From: an uncultured Gammaproteobacteria bacterium
GTDB taxonomy: Bacteria; Patescibacteriota; Microgenomatia; Daviesbacterales; UBA10151
DNA: 64,000 nt
Direction: 5' to 3'
Assembly: GCA_964422835.1 (NCBI GenBank)
Contig: CAYRCR010000001.1
Coordinates: 22,030 to 86,029 of the forward strand
Shown in pieces: positions 1-8,398 of the stretch; the first letter of the stretch is position 1, and the number at the start of each line of letters is the position of its first letter. The position numbers and the translations under genes are program-made. The notes under the pieces were generated by a model. The model saw only the letters and a list, made by a program, of their open reading frames with translations. It was not told the origin of the DNA and did no database searches.

Positions 1-609
1 TGACAAAATAGGAGAACCATGTGCGTCCCTTTCTTCAGTCAAACCACCTCTGACTCCTTTCAACTGACCATTATAGAATCCTTCCAACCCAAAATAACCC
101 GTTTGTCTCCCTAAGGAATCGGAACCTACAAAACCCAAAATGTGCGCGGCCATTGAAGCTTCAGGATAATATCTTGTGAAACTTAACTCACTTGAGACTC
201 CATTAATTTTAAGCTCATCAATTTGAAGTTTAGTTTCATAAGTTAGATCGTTATCAAGTCCGACCCAAGCAAGGTTTTTTTCAAGTTTATCAAGTAAATC
301 ATTCTTAACATCAAACCGCTCTCTTGGGTCACTTGTAAGTTTTGTGGCTAATTTTAATGCTGCTTCTGCCTTATTTTTGATGATGTTTGGCATTCCGTAT
401 AAAAGATAGGCGGGTCTGCTGGAGGCCAGTATTGATTCGTCAGAAAATAATATTGAACCCCGCTCGCCTTCCAGAGTCCTGCTTGATAAATGTTGAGCAT
501 CAGCACTGGAAGACAGGTCATCAAACCGGACAATCTGCCAATAAAACAGCCGTAGTAATATTAGGGCAAGAGATAAAAAATACACATATTGCAAAAATTT
601 AAGACGCAT
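1..609 (-). CDS. ftsI: Class B penicillin-binding protein (FtsI/PBP2 family), N-terminal part; runs off the left edge
   Basis: Absent from the ORF track because there is no stop in the window. Manual translation from ATG 609 gives MRLKFLQYVYFLSLALILLRLFYWQIVRF...GERGSILFSD...RYYPEASMAAHILGFVG...GYFGLEGFYNGQLKG, i.e. a TM anchor plus PBP dimerisation-domain motifs. Directly follows an ftsL-like gene. Confidence 0.88.
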   Translation of the reverse strand, partial: MRLKFLQYVYFLSLALILLRLFYWQIVRFDDLSSSADAQHLSSRTLEGERGSILFSDESILASSRPAYLLYGMPNIIKNKAEAALKLATKLTSDPRERFDVKNDLLDKLEKNLAWVGLDNDLTYETKLQIDELKINGVSSELSFTRYYPEASMAAHILGFVGSDSLGRQTGYFGLEGFYNGQLKGVRGGLTEERDAHGSPILS

Positions 610-617
610 TATATTTT

Positions 618-938
618 TTATTTTATATATTCAGGGGTGTTAATTTTCTCAAAACCAAACCCTTTGGCTTTTTCTGACAATTCCAAAAGGGCTGACTTTG
701 ATGCTATGGCATTCTCTAAAACCTTATTTTCAACTTGAAGTTTAAGTTTTGATGCTTTTATTTCGGCAATTTTACCTCCCATAGTAGTAAGCCGGTTAAC
801 TACCCAAAACTGTAAAAAGAAAATAACAAGTACTGCCGCTATAAAAATTTTTAGAGCCAGCGGTAAAAACTTTTCCCAAAACTCATTATTGTTGGTCGAT
901 AAGTACGGCAAAAATACCTCCACTTTCCGATTTACCAC
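618..938 (-). CDS. ftsL: FtsL-like bitopic coiled-coil cell division protein (start uncertain)
   Basis: About 100 aa with one TM helix (IFIAAVLVIFFLQFWVV), then a heptad coiled coil ending LSEKAKGFGF. Lies immediately upstream of ftsI. A TTG just after GGAGGT near 911 is an alternative start. Confidence 0.65.
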   Translation of the reverse strand: MVNRKVEVFLPYLSTNNNEFWEKFLPLALKIFIAAVLVIFFLQFWVVNRLTTMGGKIAEIKASKLKLQVENKVLENAIASKSALLELSEKAKGFGFEKINTPEYIK

Positions 939-1725
939 TTACTTTATCACCGGAAGCGCTGGTCTCAAGCGCTACCCATTCATTTTTGCCATCATCGAAA
1001 CGGAAAAGTTTTCCAGATTCCGATGGGGCTTCCGATAATTCCAAGGTAATCTCCCCCTCGGGCAAATTTTTAGCCAAAGGGACGTTGACAGTATAGACTT
1101 TCCCAAAAACAGCTTTTCCGGGCAAAAGCTTAGGCGCACCAGTTAAGTCATTTATAATGGAGAAGCCTATTTTAGTTAAGGATGAATCCTGGGGATTTAT
1201 ATTATATGCAAAATGGCCATCGCCTGATACAAGCTTACCCAGTACCACATCAGGCTTTTGCAGCCTCCACTGGGTAATCATCCTGAAGGCTTCACTACCT
1301 TTCCTGATATGCAAGATAAGAGTACCGTTTTCCACATCTTTGTCATATTTACAGACATTTTTACTGCAAGTGCCGAATAATATTTCCTGCTCGTACTCCC
1401 CTTTTTTCTCTTCGGCATTTATCTCACCCATTACCCCCCGGTCAATACCTTCTGAATTATAGGCCAGTTCGTAAGAAATTTTGTCATAGGAGGCGGTTCT
1501 TTTTAAATTCAGGATCAGGGCATTACCATCCCGGCGGGGTGTTAAAATAGCAAAAGGACCTTCAGGGTCAAATGACAAGTCTATTTCATCAACTGCTACT
1601 TCTGAAATATCAGAGATCATGAATCTCTGATATACAAAAAAACCACCTAAAGCCAAAAGCAAAACCATACCCGTTAAGATGATCGTAGTTTTTTGCCTGA
1701 CAATACTTCTAAGAGCGATGGGCAT
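886..1725 (-). CDS. Membrane-anchored extracytoplasmic hypothetical protein
   Basis: 279-aa ORF with an N-terminal TM helix, a beta-rich body and a Cys pair (FGTCSKNVCKYD). Overlaps both neighbours. Confidence 0.8.
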   Translation of the reverse strand: MPIALRSIVRQKTTIILTGMVLLLALGGFFVYQRFMISDISEVAVDEIDLSFDPEGPFAILTPRRDGNALILNLKRTASYDKISYELAYNSEGIDRGVMGEINAEEKKGEYEQEILFGTCSKNVCKYDKDVENGTLILHIRKGSEAFRMITQWRLQKPDVVLGKLVSGDGHFAYNINPQDSSLTKIGFSIINDLTGAPKLLPGKAVFGKVYTVNVPLAKNLPEGEITLELSEAPSESGKLFRFDDGKNEWVALETSASGDKVSGKSESGGIFAVLIDQQ

Positions 1726-2056
1726 AATCTAAAGGCTGGATAATAATTATATTCTTTTCTAAATCCTCAAGAGTACTGGTTTTTTTTGTACCAAAGGGCA
1801 TAGTCACGATAAATTGAGCATTACTACCAGGAAAAAAACCATCCAACTCTGTGCGACAACAAATCCTACATCTTCCGGGAGCCCATAATTTTTCTTCGTC
1901 CGGTATCCTTCTGCATTCCTGCACATGCATATATGCTTCTTTGGAAGTATTAAATGGGCCACAACAATGAGTATGGTTTATAACAGCAAAAGGAGCATCA
2001 CCGATATTTTTCCCTGTCCTATCATCGAAAATATCAGATTCTTTATTGTTAGCCAT
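1709..2056 (-). CDS. Small Cys/His-rich hypothetical protein
   Basis: 115 aa with ATG start, overlapping the glyQS stop and the next gene's start. Motifs HTHCC, HxxxC and CRICC. Confidence 0.6.
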   Translation of the reverse strand: MANNKESDIFDDRTGKNIGDAPFAVINHTHCCGPFNTSKEAYMHVQECRRIPDEEKLWAPGRCRICCRTELDGFFPGSNAQFIVTMPFGTKKTSTLEDLEKNIIIIQPLDYAHRS

Positions 2057-3431
2057 AAATTCTTTTCCTTAAGTATTGTTTTAGCTCACTAATTTTAACT
2101 CGTTCCTGCTTAGCATTATCCCGATCACGGACTGTGACCATTTCGTCTTCTAAACTTTGGAAATCGATTGTCACACAAAAAGGGGTACCAATTTCATCCT
2201 GCGAGGCATATCTTCCCCCAATATTTCCCCTCATGTCCCACGCTACCATAAAATCCTTTTGAAGGTCAATATAGATTTTTCTAGCTTTCTCAACCAGCTC
2301 CGGTTTATTGGCAAGGAGAGGAAAAACTGCCACCTTAAATGGTACAATCTTTGGGTGCAGCTTCAAAATAACCCGGCCATTTTCCTCGCTGTAAGCATCA
2401 AGCAGGAAAAATAAAAGCGAACGGTCAATTCCCAATGATGATTCAATATCCCAGGGTAAAAACTCTTCCCCTGTTTCCGGGTCTTTGTATTTGAGATTTT
2501 TTCCGCTTGCTTTTTGATGGTTGGTAAGGTCAAAGTCGCCCCGGTGATGCACCCCCATAAATTCCGCCCATCCCCAGGGGGATAAATATTCCAAATCACA
2601 AGCTGCCCGGGCATAATGGGCACGCTCATCTGCTTTATGATCTTCAAACCTCAAGTTTTTCTTTTTAATTCCAAGGCTCGTAAACCACTCCATCCAAAAA
2701 TTCTTCCAATATTCAAACCATTTTACTCCTTCATTATCTTCCGGTTTAATAAAATATTGAACTTCCATTTGCTCAAATTCACGTGAGCGGAAAGTAAAAT
2801 TACCCGGAGTTATTTCATTACGGAAGGCTTTTCCGACTTGAGCCACACCAAAAGGAATTCTTATACGTGTTGAATCCAAAACGTTTTTGAAATTAACATG
2901 CACTCCCTGGGTAATTTCTCCCCGGAGATAAATTTCAGATTGCTCTCCCTCTATTACACCTAAATAAGCCTTAACAAGCAAATTGAAATTTTTTGGTTGG
3001 GTAAAATGATGTTGTCCCTCTGGGCTACGAGCGCAAATTAACATCTCTTTTTCTCTATCTGATAGTGAAATTGAACCTGGTAAGGCTGAAGATTTTTTTC
3101 TGAGTTTTGACTGAACTTCATCTACATGATCAGCTCTGAATCTTTTATTACAAAAGTTACATTCAACCAGAGGATCACTAAATGCTTCTGTGTGCCCCGA
3201 GGCCTCCCAAGCTCGTGGATTCATCATGATGGCCGCATCCACGCCCACTACGTCATCACGCATCTGCACCGTATCTTTCCACCACAAATCCTTGAGGTTT
3301 TTTTTAAGTTCCGCGCCCGCAGGACCGTAGTCCCAAGTGCCGGAAAGTCCCCCGTAAATTTCCGAACCGGGATAAATAAATCCCCGGCGTTTGCATAAGG
3401 CTACTATTTTTTCCAATAGATTATTGTCCAT
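2049..3431 (-). CDS. glyQS: Glycine--tRNA ligase, alpha2 (homodimeric) type
   Basis: LCKRRGFIYPGSEIYGG, WEASGH, YLRGEITQG, motif 2 GKAFRNEITPGNFTFRSREFEQME, and anticodon-binding domain RYASQDEIGTPFCVTIDF. Confidence 0.97.
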   Translation of the reverse strand: MDNNLLEKIVALCKRRGFIYPGSEIYGGLSGTWDYGPAGAELKKNLKDLWWKDTVQMRDDVVGVDAAIMMNPRAWEASGHTEAFSDPLVECNFCNKRFRADHVDEVQSKLRKKSSALPGSISLSDREKEMLICARSPEGQHHFTQPKNFNLLVKAYLGVIEGEQSEIYLRGEITQGVHVNFKNVLDSTRIRIPFGVAQVGKAFRNEITPGNFTFRSREFEQMEVQYFIKPEDNEGVKWFEYWKNFWMEWFTSLGIKKKNLRFEDHKADERAHYARAACDLEYLSPWGWAEFMGVHHRGDFDLTNHQKASGKNLKYKDPETGEEFLPWDIESSLGIDRSLLFFLLDAYSEENGRVILKLHPKIVPFKVAVFPLLANKPELVEKARKIYIDLQKDFMVAWDMRGNIGGRYASQDEIGTPFCVTIDFQSLEDEMVTVRDRDNAKQERVKISELKQYLRKRIYG

Positions 3432-3435
3432 AATA

Positions 3436-4086
3436 TCACTTCACAAGATCCGCAAGCACTTTAAGTGACCTTAATTTGCTTTCAAGGATCTTTTCTATAT
3501 AATATCTTAAAATCTTTTCCAGTGCCAGAGCCTGACTTTTATTCATCTCCATTTGAGCTATTTCTTGCCAGGTTCCTTTTTGCAGTTTTTCCAAAATCAC
3601 CCCAATCTCCTCCGCCGATGGCGGGTCAAGCTCAACTTGATTTAATGACCAAAAGCCCAATAATGATAATAATTTTACTTCAAATGCCCGGATAAAAATT
3701 TGCCTTGGGTTTTTTTCTAAAAGCTCTAAAGTAGCAGATAAAAGTTGATATATGGCCGGATTTGGTTGTCCTTCCGGTAAAAATCTTTCTGAAAGTTCTG
3801 CTAAGTGCGAACCGTAAGTTGACATAATAAGATCATTTTTAATTTTGGGAAAAGTTAAAAGGGCTTCTGCTTCCGTTAAAATCTCCATGCCTTTTCCCTG
3901 AAAAATCTGCAGTTTGACTTTATTTAAAACTTCCACATTCCCTGCCCGCCTTGAGGTAATTCTCCTCACTCCCTTGGCAATAACCCTAATTTTCCCCTTG
4001 TATGGAGTAATTATTGTCAGGATTCTATCAGCTTCCCCAAAATTTGATCTTTTTACAATAATCCCCTCTGTGGTAAAAGTCGGCAT
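3436..4086 (-). CDS. recO: DNA repair protein RecO
   Basis: EGIIVKRSNFGEADRILTIITPYKGKIRVIAKGVRR OB-fold and FEVKLLSLLGF. Start moved to ATG 4086 because the upstream GTG-TAT-AAT is a -10 box. Confidence 0.95.
   Translation of the reverse strand: MPTFTTEGIIVKRSNFGEADRILTIITPYKGKIRVIAKGVRRITSRRAGNVEVLNKVKLQIFQGKGMEILTEAEALLTFPKIKNDLIMSTYGSHLAELSERFLPEGQPNPAIYQLLSATLELLEKNPRQIFIRAFEVKLLSLLGFWSLNQVELDPPSAEEIGVILEKLQKGTWQEIAQMEMNKSQALALEKILRYYIEKILESKLRSLKVLADLVK
3611..3625. repeat. Short GC-rich palindrome inside recO
   Basis: CCGCC-GAT-GGCGG at 3612-3624, encoding PPSAE. Confidence 0.45.
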
Positions 4087-4095
4087 AACAAGTTG

Positions 4096-4101
4096 ATTAT
4101 A
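4096..4101 (-). promoter_or_regulatory. -10 box of recO (probable leaderless or very short leader)
   Basis: TATAAT on the minus strand, 9 nt before ATG 4086. Confidence 0.6.
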
Positions 4102-4107
4102 CACGCC

Positions 4108-4143
4108 CTTAAGAAGCTTATGATACTTAAGATGCTTATGATT
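4108..4143. repeat. Degenerate 9-nt x4 tandem repeat (equivalently a 17-nt direct repeat x2)
   Basis: CTTAAGAAG CTTATGATA CTTAAGATG CTTATGATT. Confidence 0.8.
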
Positions 4144-4735
4144 TCCGGATATATGCTAGGACACCCTGAACAAGTTGGCCAAAATTGCCTTTGTTTTCAA
4201 TTTCTAAACTACCTTCTGGGAGACATGCCTTACAAACTGGTTCGTGTTCGTCATACCACCGGGCCAAAGATGCCGGAGAGCCCAGATCTTTGTGTTGATC
4301 ATAAGGAGAATTCCTTTCCGTCATTTGTTTCCATAAAAGATTGGGTGCAGCTGTTAAACGAACGACTCTAAGGATAGCTCCGCGTTTTAAAGCTAAATCC
4401 CGATATAAATTGCACCATCCATTAGATTGAATTGTTTTTTCAAAAGAGGCATCGACTAGGACTGTGCCTGTTTGAATACATTTACTAACCTCCTCAAAAA
4501 GCTTTTGGTAAACTAAATCTCGATATTTTTTAAGATACTCCTGCCCTCTTTCAGCAGTAAATGAATCGGCAATATCATCCTTACAGATAGTGCGGGTATT
4601 AAGAAAATCTACCAAACCTCCTTTCCTAAATCCATTTAGCCCCAATCCCAAAATCAAACTCGATTTACCAACCCCACCCACACCCGTGATAAGAACTAAC
4701 CTGTGTGGATCCAAAGTTTGTTTCTGTATTTCCAT
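4136..4735 (-). CDS. P-loop kinase-fold protein (AAA_33-like)
   Basis: Walker A GVGGVGKS at the N-terminus, CKDDI, Walker B-like VLVDASF and lid-like QMTERNSPYD. Confidence 0.75.
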   Translation of the reverse strand: MEIQKQTLDPHRLVLITGVGGVGKSSLILGLGLNGFRKGGLVDFLNTRTICKDDIADSFTAERGQEYLKKYRDLVYQKLFEEVSKCIQTGTVLVDASFEKTIQSNGWCNLYRDLALKRGAILRVVRLTAAPNLLWKQMTERNSPYDQHKDLGSPASLARWYDEHEPVCKACLPEGSLEIENKGNFGQLVQGVLAYIRKS

Positions 4736-4738
4736 GGA

Positions 4739-6640
4739 TTAAAGCGGCAAATCGAGGTTTTTGTCAGAACTCAAGTCAAATTGGGCCTTGGTAGAACCGT
4801 TTATTTTAACAGTGTATTTAAAATCCTTAGCTCCGGGTTGTTTTTGGATTAGCAAAGGATAATTTTTACCCGCCACATTATCAGGCAGAGTGTATTCAAC
4901 TTGCAAAGTTCTTGAATTTTGGGGTCTAACCTGCACAAAAGCCTCGAAATATGTTTTATTTAATCCCTCGTCAACTTGTGTTGTTACAGGATCATCCGAA
5001 CCCTTTGAAGACACAAGTTTTGCTCCTCTTGGAACATAAATCCTGACATAATCGCGTAAAATCCCATTAAGCCAGGTATTAAAAGGCTGAGGATTTTTAT
5101 ATTCAATAGTAACTTTGTTCGTGGTAGCCCCATCATTTCCCGCCTTAATATCCAGTGTTACTTTTTCTTCAACATAAAGATTGGACTTGCCTCCGGCAAA
5201 ATTAGAATCATTAATATGCAGATAATCCCCATCAAAAGGTTTAATTTGTCCTGTCCAATTTAGTTTAGAAAGTGCAGCCTGGGAAGATGAGTCATTTAAA
5301 TAAACCATAATATGTTTGTCGTTAGCCAATTTGACCATATTATTTATTACAATAGGAAGTTTATCAGGCCCCGCTGATAACATTTTGGCTAAAATTTGCT
5401 GCATCAGCGTCCCAAGTATAGCTTTTCTATCCTCTTCCCCTTTAGAAGCTACTTCCGCGTAGTGCTCAAGCTCATAAATGACATTCGGGCAATTACAACG
5501 CCCATCGCGCTCCGCGCTGTATTTGGTACCAAAAATATCAACCGGGCCGGTAATTTCAATCAATTCCTCCACCACTTGTGTATCAATATAAATAATCCCG
5601 TCAAACGGTATGCCTTCTCCTAAAAGATCATACATGCTTTCAAATTGCTTAGCCGCAGTTGGAACATCAGGAGAAATATTAGAATCACGCATGGACCAGG
5701 CCGAGCGGGGTTTTCCGGATACCTCGGGCAAATATTTAACAATCGGAGCAGGCGGAGAAAGTGGGCAAATTTTCTTTTCGCAGACTTTAAGAAGCTTTTC
5801 GTCCAATCTGTAAATATCATCTGATGTTGTAGTAGACAGATGACCCTTATCAAGAGTGAGAAATGCAAAAGCTGTAATAAATCCTCCAGTCGGCCTTATC
5901 TCTTTATCGTTTTGGAAGAGAATCAAATAATTTTTCGGGGAATCCTGTCCCAAAGTTTTAGGAGCAATCAATAAGGCATCTTTACCCTCGGATATTGCAA
6001 CATCTGCACCAATAATGAAATTCCGGGCAGTTTCTACTAAATCCTTTACCCTTTTTCCTTTGAATTCTTCAGGGTATTTCCCTGCGTCAATACTTTTTAC
6101 TTCCTCACCGGCTCTTTTCAGGTCATCTTCAATAGAATCAACATGTGGCAGGGTTTTATCAAGAATTTTAACAACTTGGGCAATTTTATCTTGCCCCGGC
6201 GTCGGGCTGCCGGTAAACCCAAGTTCGTCCTTATATGGCTCAAGTATTAAGACAATTTTCTGGCCGGCGCTAAGCTCATACGAGGCTGCAGACACAAAAT
6301 GGGAAACATCTGATATATACCCGCCTATAAAGGGAGCCACCCTTAACCAGGTTAAAAACTTGAGTGATAGGTTCAACTTATCAACTGCGGATTTTGTTTT
6401 ATTTATCCCTGTTTTAACAACATCAAGATTCTCCTGCTTTGCGCCTTCTGAGATTATTTTGGCCCCGGCTATAGTCTCTCTGACAAAATAAGCGCTGGCA
6501 ATACCAGGTAACCCAATCGTTAAGGTCAGGAGCAGAAAAATTACTAACAGACGTCTTTTTGCTTTTCCGTTACCTTTACTTTTAAATTTCCGCAATGTAA
6601 GGTTGTTATTCAATTTTTTATTTAAATTCATCATTGCCAT
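4739..6640 (-). CDS. DUF4012 domain membrane-anchored protein
   Basis: N-terminal TM, long helical region, then YLILFQNDKEIRPTGGFI, RDSNISPDVP, DGIIYID, NFAGGKSNLYV and DYVRIYVP, typical of DUF4012 proteins. Confidence 0.85.
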   Translation of the reverse strand: MAMMNLNKKLNNNLTLRKFKSKGNGKAKRRLLVIFLLLTLTIGLPGIASAYFVRETIAGAKIISEGAKQENLDVVKTGINKTKSAVDKLNLSLKFLTWLRVAPFIGGYISDVSHFVSAASYELSAGQKIVLILEPYKDELGFTGSPTPGQDKIAQVVKILDKTLPHVDSIEDDLKRAGEEVKSIDAGKYPEEFKGKRVKDLVETARNFIIGADVAISEGKDALLIAPKTLGQDSPKNYLILFQNDKEIRPTGGFITAFAFLTLDKGHLSTTTSDDIYRLDEKLLKVCEKKICPLSPPAPIVKYLPEVSGKPRSAWSMRDSNISPDVPTAAKQFESMYDLLGEGIPFDGIIYIDTQVVEELIEITGPVDIFGTKYSAERDGRCNCPNVIYELEHYAEVASKGEEDRKAILGTLMQQILAKMLSAGPDKLPIVINNMVKLANDKHIMVYLNDSSSQAALSKLNWTGQIKPFDGDYLHINDSNFAGGKSNLYVEEKVTLDIKAGNDGATTNKVTIEYKNPQPFNTWLNGILRDYVRIYVPRGAKLVSSKGSDDPVTTQVDEGLNKTYFEAFVQVRPQNSRTLQVEYTLPDNVAGKNYPLLIQKQPGAKDFKYTVKINGSTKAQFDLSSDKNLDLPL

Positions 6641-6643
6641 AAT

Positions 6644-7288
6644 TTATACAGCCCCCCTGCCAAATATTACAGCCGGGACAGTCCTTAAAAGAAGCCAAAG
6701 GTCATAAATAATTGATTTTTTTTCAACATACAAAGCATCCATTTCCACCCTTTTATCAAAATTAATTGCCGATCTTCCCGATGTCTGCCAAACACCGGTC
6801 AAGCCTGGTTTTGATGTAAGTATTATTTTAACAAATTTTCCGGTACCGGGGAAGTTAACCTGCTGCTCTTCCAGCTCATACGAGTAATAGGCACGGGGCC
6901 CAACTAAACTCATTTCGCCCTTTAAAATATTAAAAAGTTGCGGAAGCTCATCAATCGAGGTTTTACGGATAAACTTTCCGATACGGGTTATACGCGGATC
7001 TTCGTCAATGGCAAGTTTATAGCTATTTTGCTGATATTTTTTTAAGAGGTTTTTGTATCTTGGGTCACGGTGCAAAAGATCATGAGCCCCTACTACCATA
7101 GAACGGAATTTATACATGCGGAAAAGTTTGCCTCCCTCCCCAACTCTCATTGGGGTATCAGCCAAAATTGATCCTTTTGAAACAATTTTTATTAAAATGG
7201 CAATCAATAAAAATAATGGTGAGAGCAGTGTAATTCCTATGGTTGAACCTATTAAATCCAGAATCCGTTTTAAAAATTTATATATCAC
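6644..7288 (-). CDS. Priming polyprenyl-phosphate phosphoglycosyltransferase (WbaP/WcaJ/PglC-type sugar transferase)
   Basis: [47 protein letters not shown] and [13 protein letters not shown]. Confidence 0.95.
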   Translation of the reverse strand: MIYKFLKRILDLIGSTIGITLLSPLFLLIAILIKIVSKGSILADTPMRVGEGGKLFRMYKFRSMVVGAHDLLHRDPRYKNLLKKYQQNSYKLAIDEDPRITRIGKFIRKTSIDELPQLFNILKGEMSLVGPRAYYSYELEEQQVNFPGTGKFVKIILTSKPGLTGVWQTSGRSAINFDKRVEMDALYVEKKSIIYDLWLLLRTVPAVIFGRGAV

Positions 7289-8358
7289 AAATTTAAGATT
7301 AAGTTTTGGAATTCATTGTAAAATCTTTCCTTTGAAAATCTTTTGGCATTCTCTTTGCATCTTTTTTGATTATATCCTTTTTTGTAAAGCTTCTCCAAGG
7401 CATCACATAAACTCTCAACAGTTTGTTCATAAAAAAAATAGCCGGTACATCCATCAATCACGGTTTCTAAAGCCCCCCCTTTACCAAATGCAATGACAGG
7501 CTTACCTAAAGCCTGTGCCTCCAAAGACACTATCCCAAAATCCTCTTCTCCTGTAACCAGAACAGCTTTACACCCAAGTAGAAGGTGGGCCAACATCTCA
7601 TCATCAACTGTCCCCAGCAGTTCAACCTTTTGTTTTCCAAGCGTGGCTAACCGCTCCAATTCCGGTCCCTTACCCACCACTTTTACAGGAATATTGAGTT
7701 TCTCTGATGCCAATATTGCCAGGTCTGCCCTTTTATATTTATTCAAACGTGAAATTACCAAAAGGTAATCTCCCTCGTACCCTCCAAAATAACCAAATTT
7801 ATCCATATCAACAAATGGGTAAATAATCATTGACTCTGCATTATAAATTTGTTTAATTCTTTCCTGGGCATTCTTTGATCCCGCAATCCAATAATCTACC
7901 CGGCCGGAAGAAATCCTATCATATTGTTTCAGGAATTTTAAATATGGTTGAAGTAAAAAAGGGGTTTTTTCATCAGAAAAATTCCACAGGAACCTTGGCG
8001 GAGTATGGCAATAACAAATATGTTTTGTTTCAGGTCTGGTGATTATGCTTTTGGCAAAGCGTGTGGTCTGGGAAAGGACAATGTCAAATGCGGAAAAATC
8101 AAACTGCTCAAAAGCTAAAGGATAGAGCGGCAAAAATGCCCTGTAAAGGCTTCTCCAGCCGGGAATTTTTTGCATAAAAGAGGTAATAATTATTTTGGAA
8201 TTAAAGTATTTTTTTATCAAGGGATTTGTAAAATCCATTACAGATGTGTAAATTGGTGCTCTGGGAAATACCTCCGATAGGGAGAGTAAAAGTTTCTCGG
8301 CTCCACCCCATTGAACTAAATCATCATGTACAAGTGCGATCTTTAAATTTTTACTCAT
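7285..8358 (-). CDS. GT4 glycosyltransferase (WbaZ-like)
   Basis: IALVHDDLVQWGGAEK, CYCHTPPR and EDFGIVSLEAQALGKPV (EX7E). Start placed at ATG 8358, 10 nt after TGgTACAAT. Confidence 0.93.
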   Translation of the reverse strand: MSKNLKIALVHDDLVQWGGAEKLLLSLSEVFPRAPIYTSVMDFTNPLIKKYFNSKIIITSFMQKIPGWRSLYRAFLPLYPLAFEQFDFSAFDIVLSQTTRFAKSIITRPETKHICYCHTPPRFLWNFSDEKTPFLLQPYLKFLKQYDRISSGRVDYWIAGSKNAQERIKQIYNAESMIIYPFVDMDKFGYFGGYEGDYLLVISRLNKYKRADLAILASEKLNIPVKVVGKGPELERLATLGKQKVELLGTVDDEMLAHLLLGCKAVLVTGEEDFGIVSLEAQALGKPVIAFGKGGALETVIDGCTGYFFYEQTVESLCDALEKLYKKGYNQKRCKENAKRFSKERFYNEFQNLILNL

Positions 8359-8368
8359 AAACTTGTCC

Positions 8369-8377
8369 ATTGTACCA
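8369..8377 (-). promoter_or_regulatory. Extended -10 box
   Basis: TG-G-TACAAT on the minus strand, 10 nt before ATG 8358. Confidence 0.55.
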
Positions 8378-8398
8378 AAAACATGAGAAAATAAGACC

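Noticed and set aside
387-602. Plus-strand 71-aa ORF in the track
   Set aside because: Antisense to the ftsI 5' region, which has clear PBP motifs.
851-886. TAATG-coupled ATG giving MSFGKSFYRWL* in a different frame from ftsL; possible programmed frameshift
   Set aside because: No canonical slippery heptamer in the right frame, and in-frame GTG/TTG starts with a GGAGGT explain ftsL. A sequencing indel cannot be excluded.
3030-3125. Longer loop in glycyl-tRNA ligase after RFRADH
   Set aside because: This is the variable insertion region of alpha2 GlyRS. No intein, intron or repeat signature is seen.
7313-7374. TATAAT 8 nt before an ATG opening a 15-aa ORF inside the GT4 3' end, upstream of the priming transferase
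   Set aside because: Could be an internal promoter, but a chance hexamer in AT-rich coding DNA is equally likely and the transferase already has a coupled GTG start.
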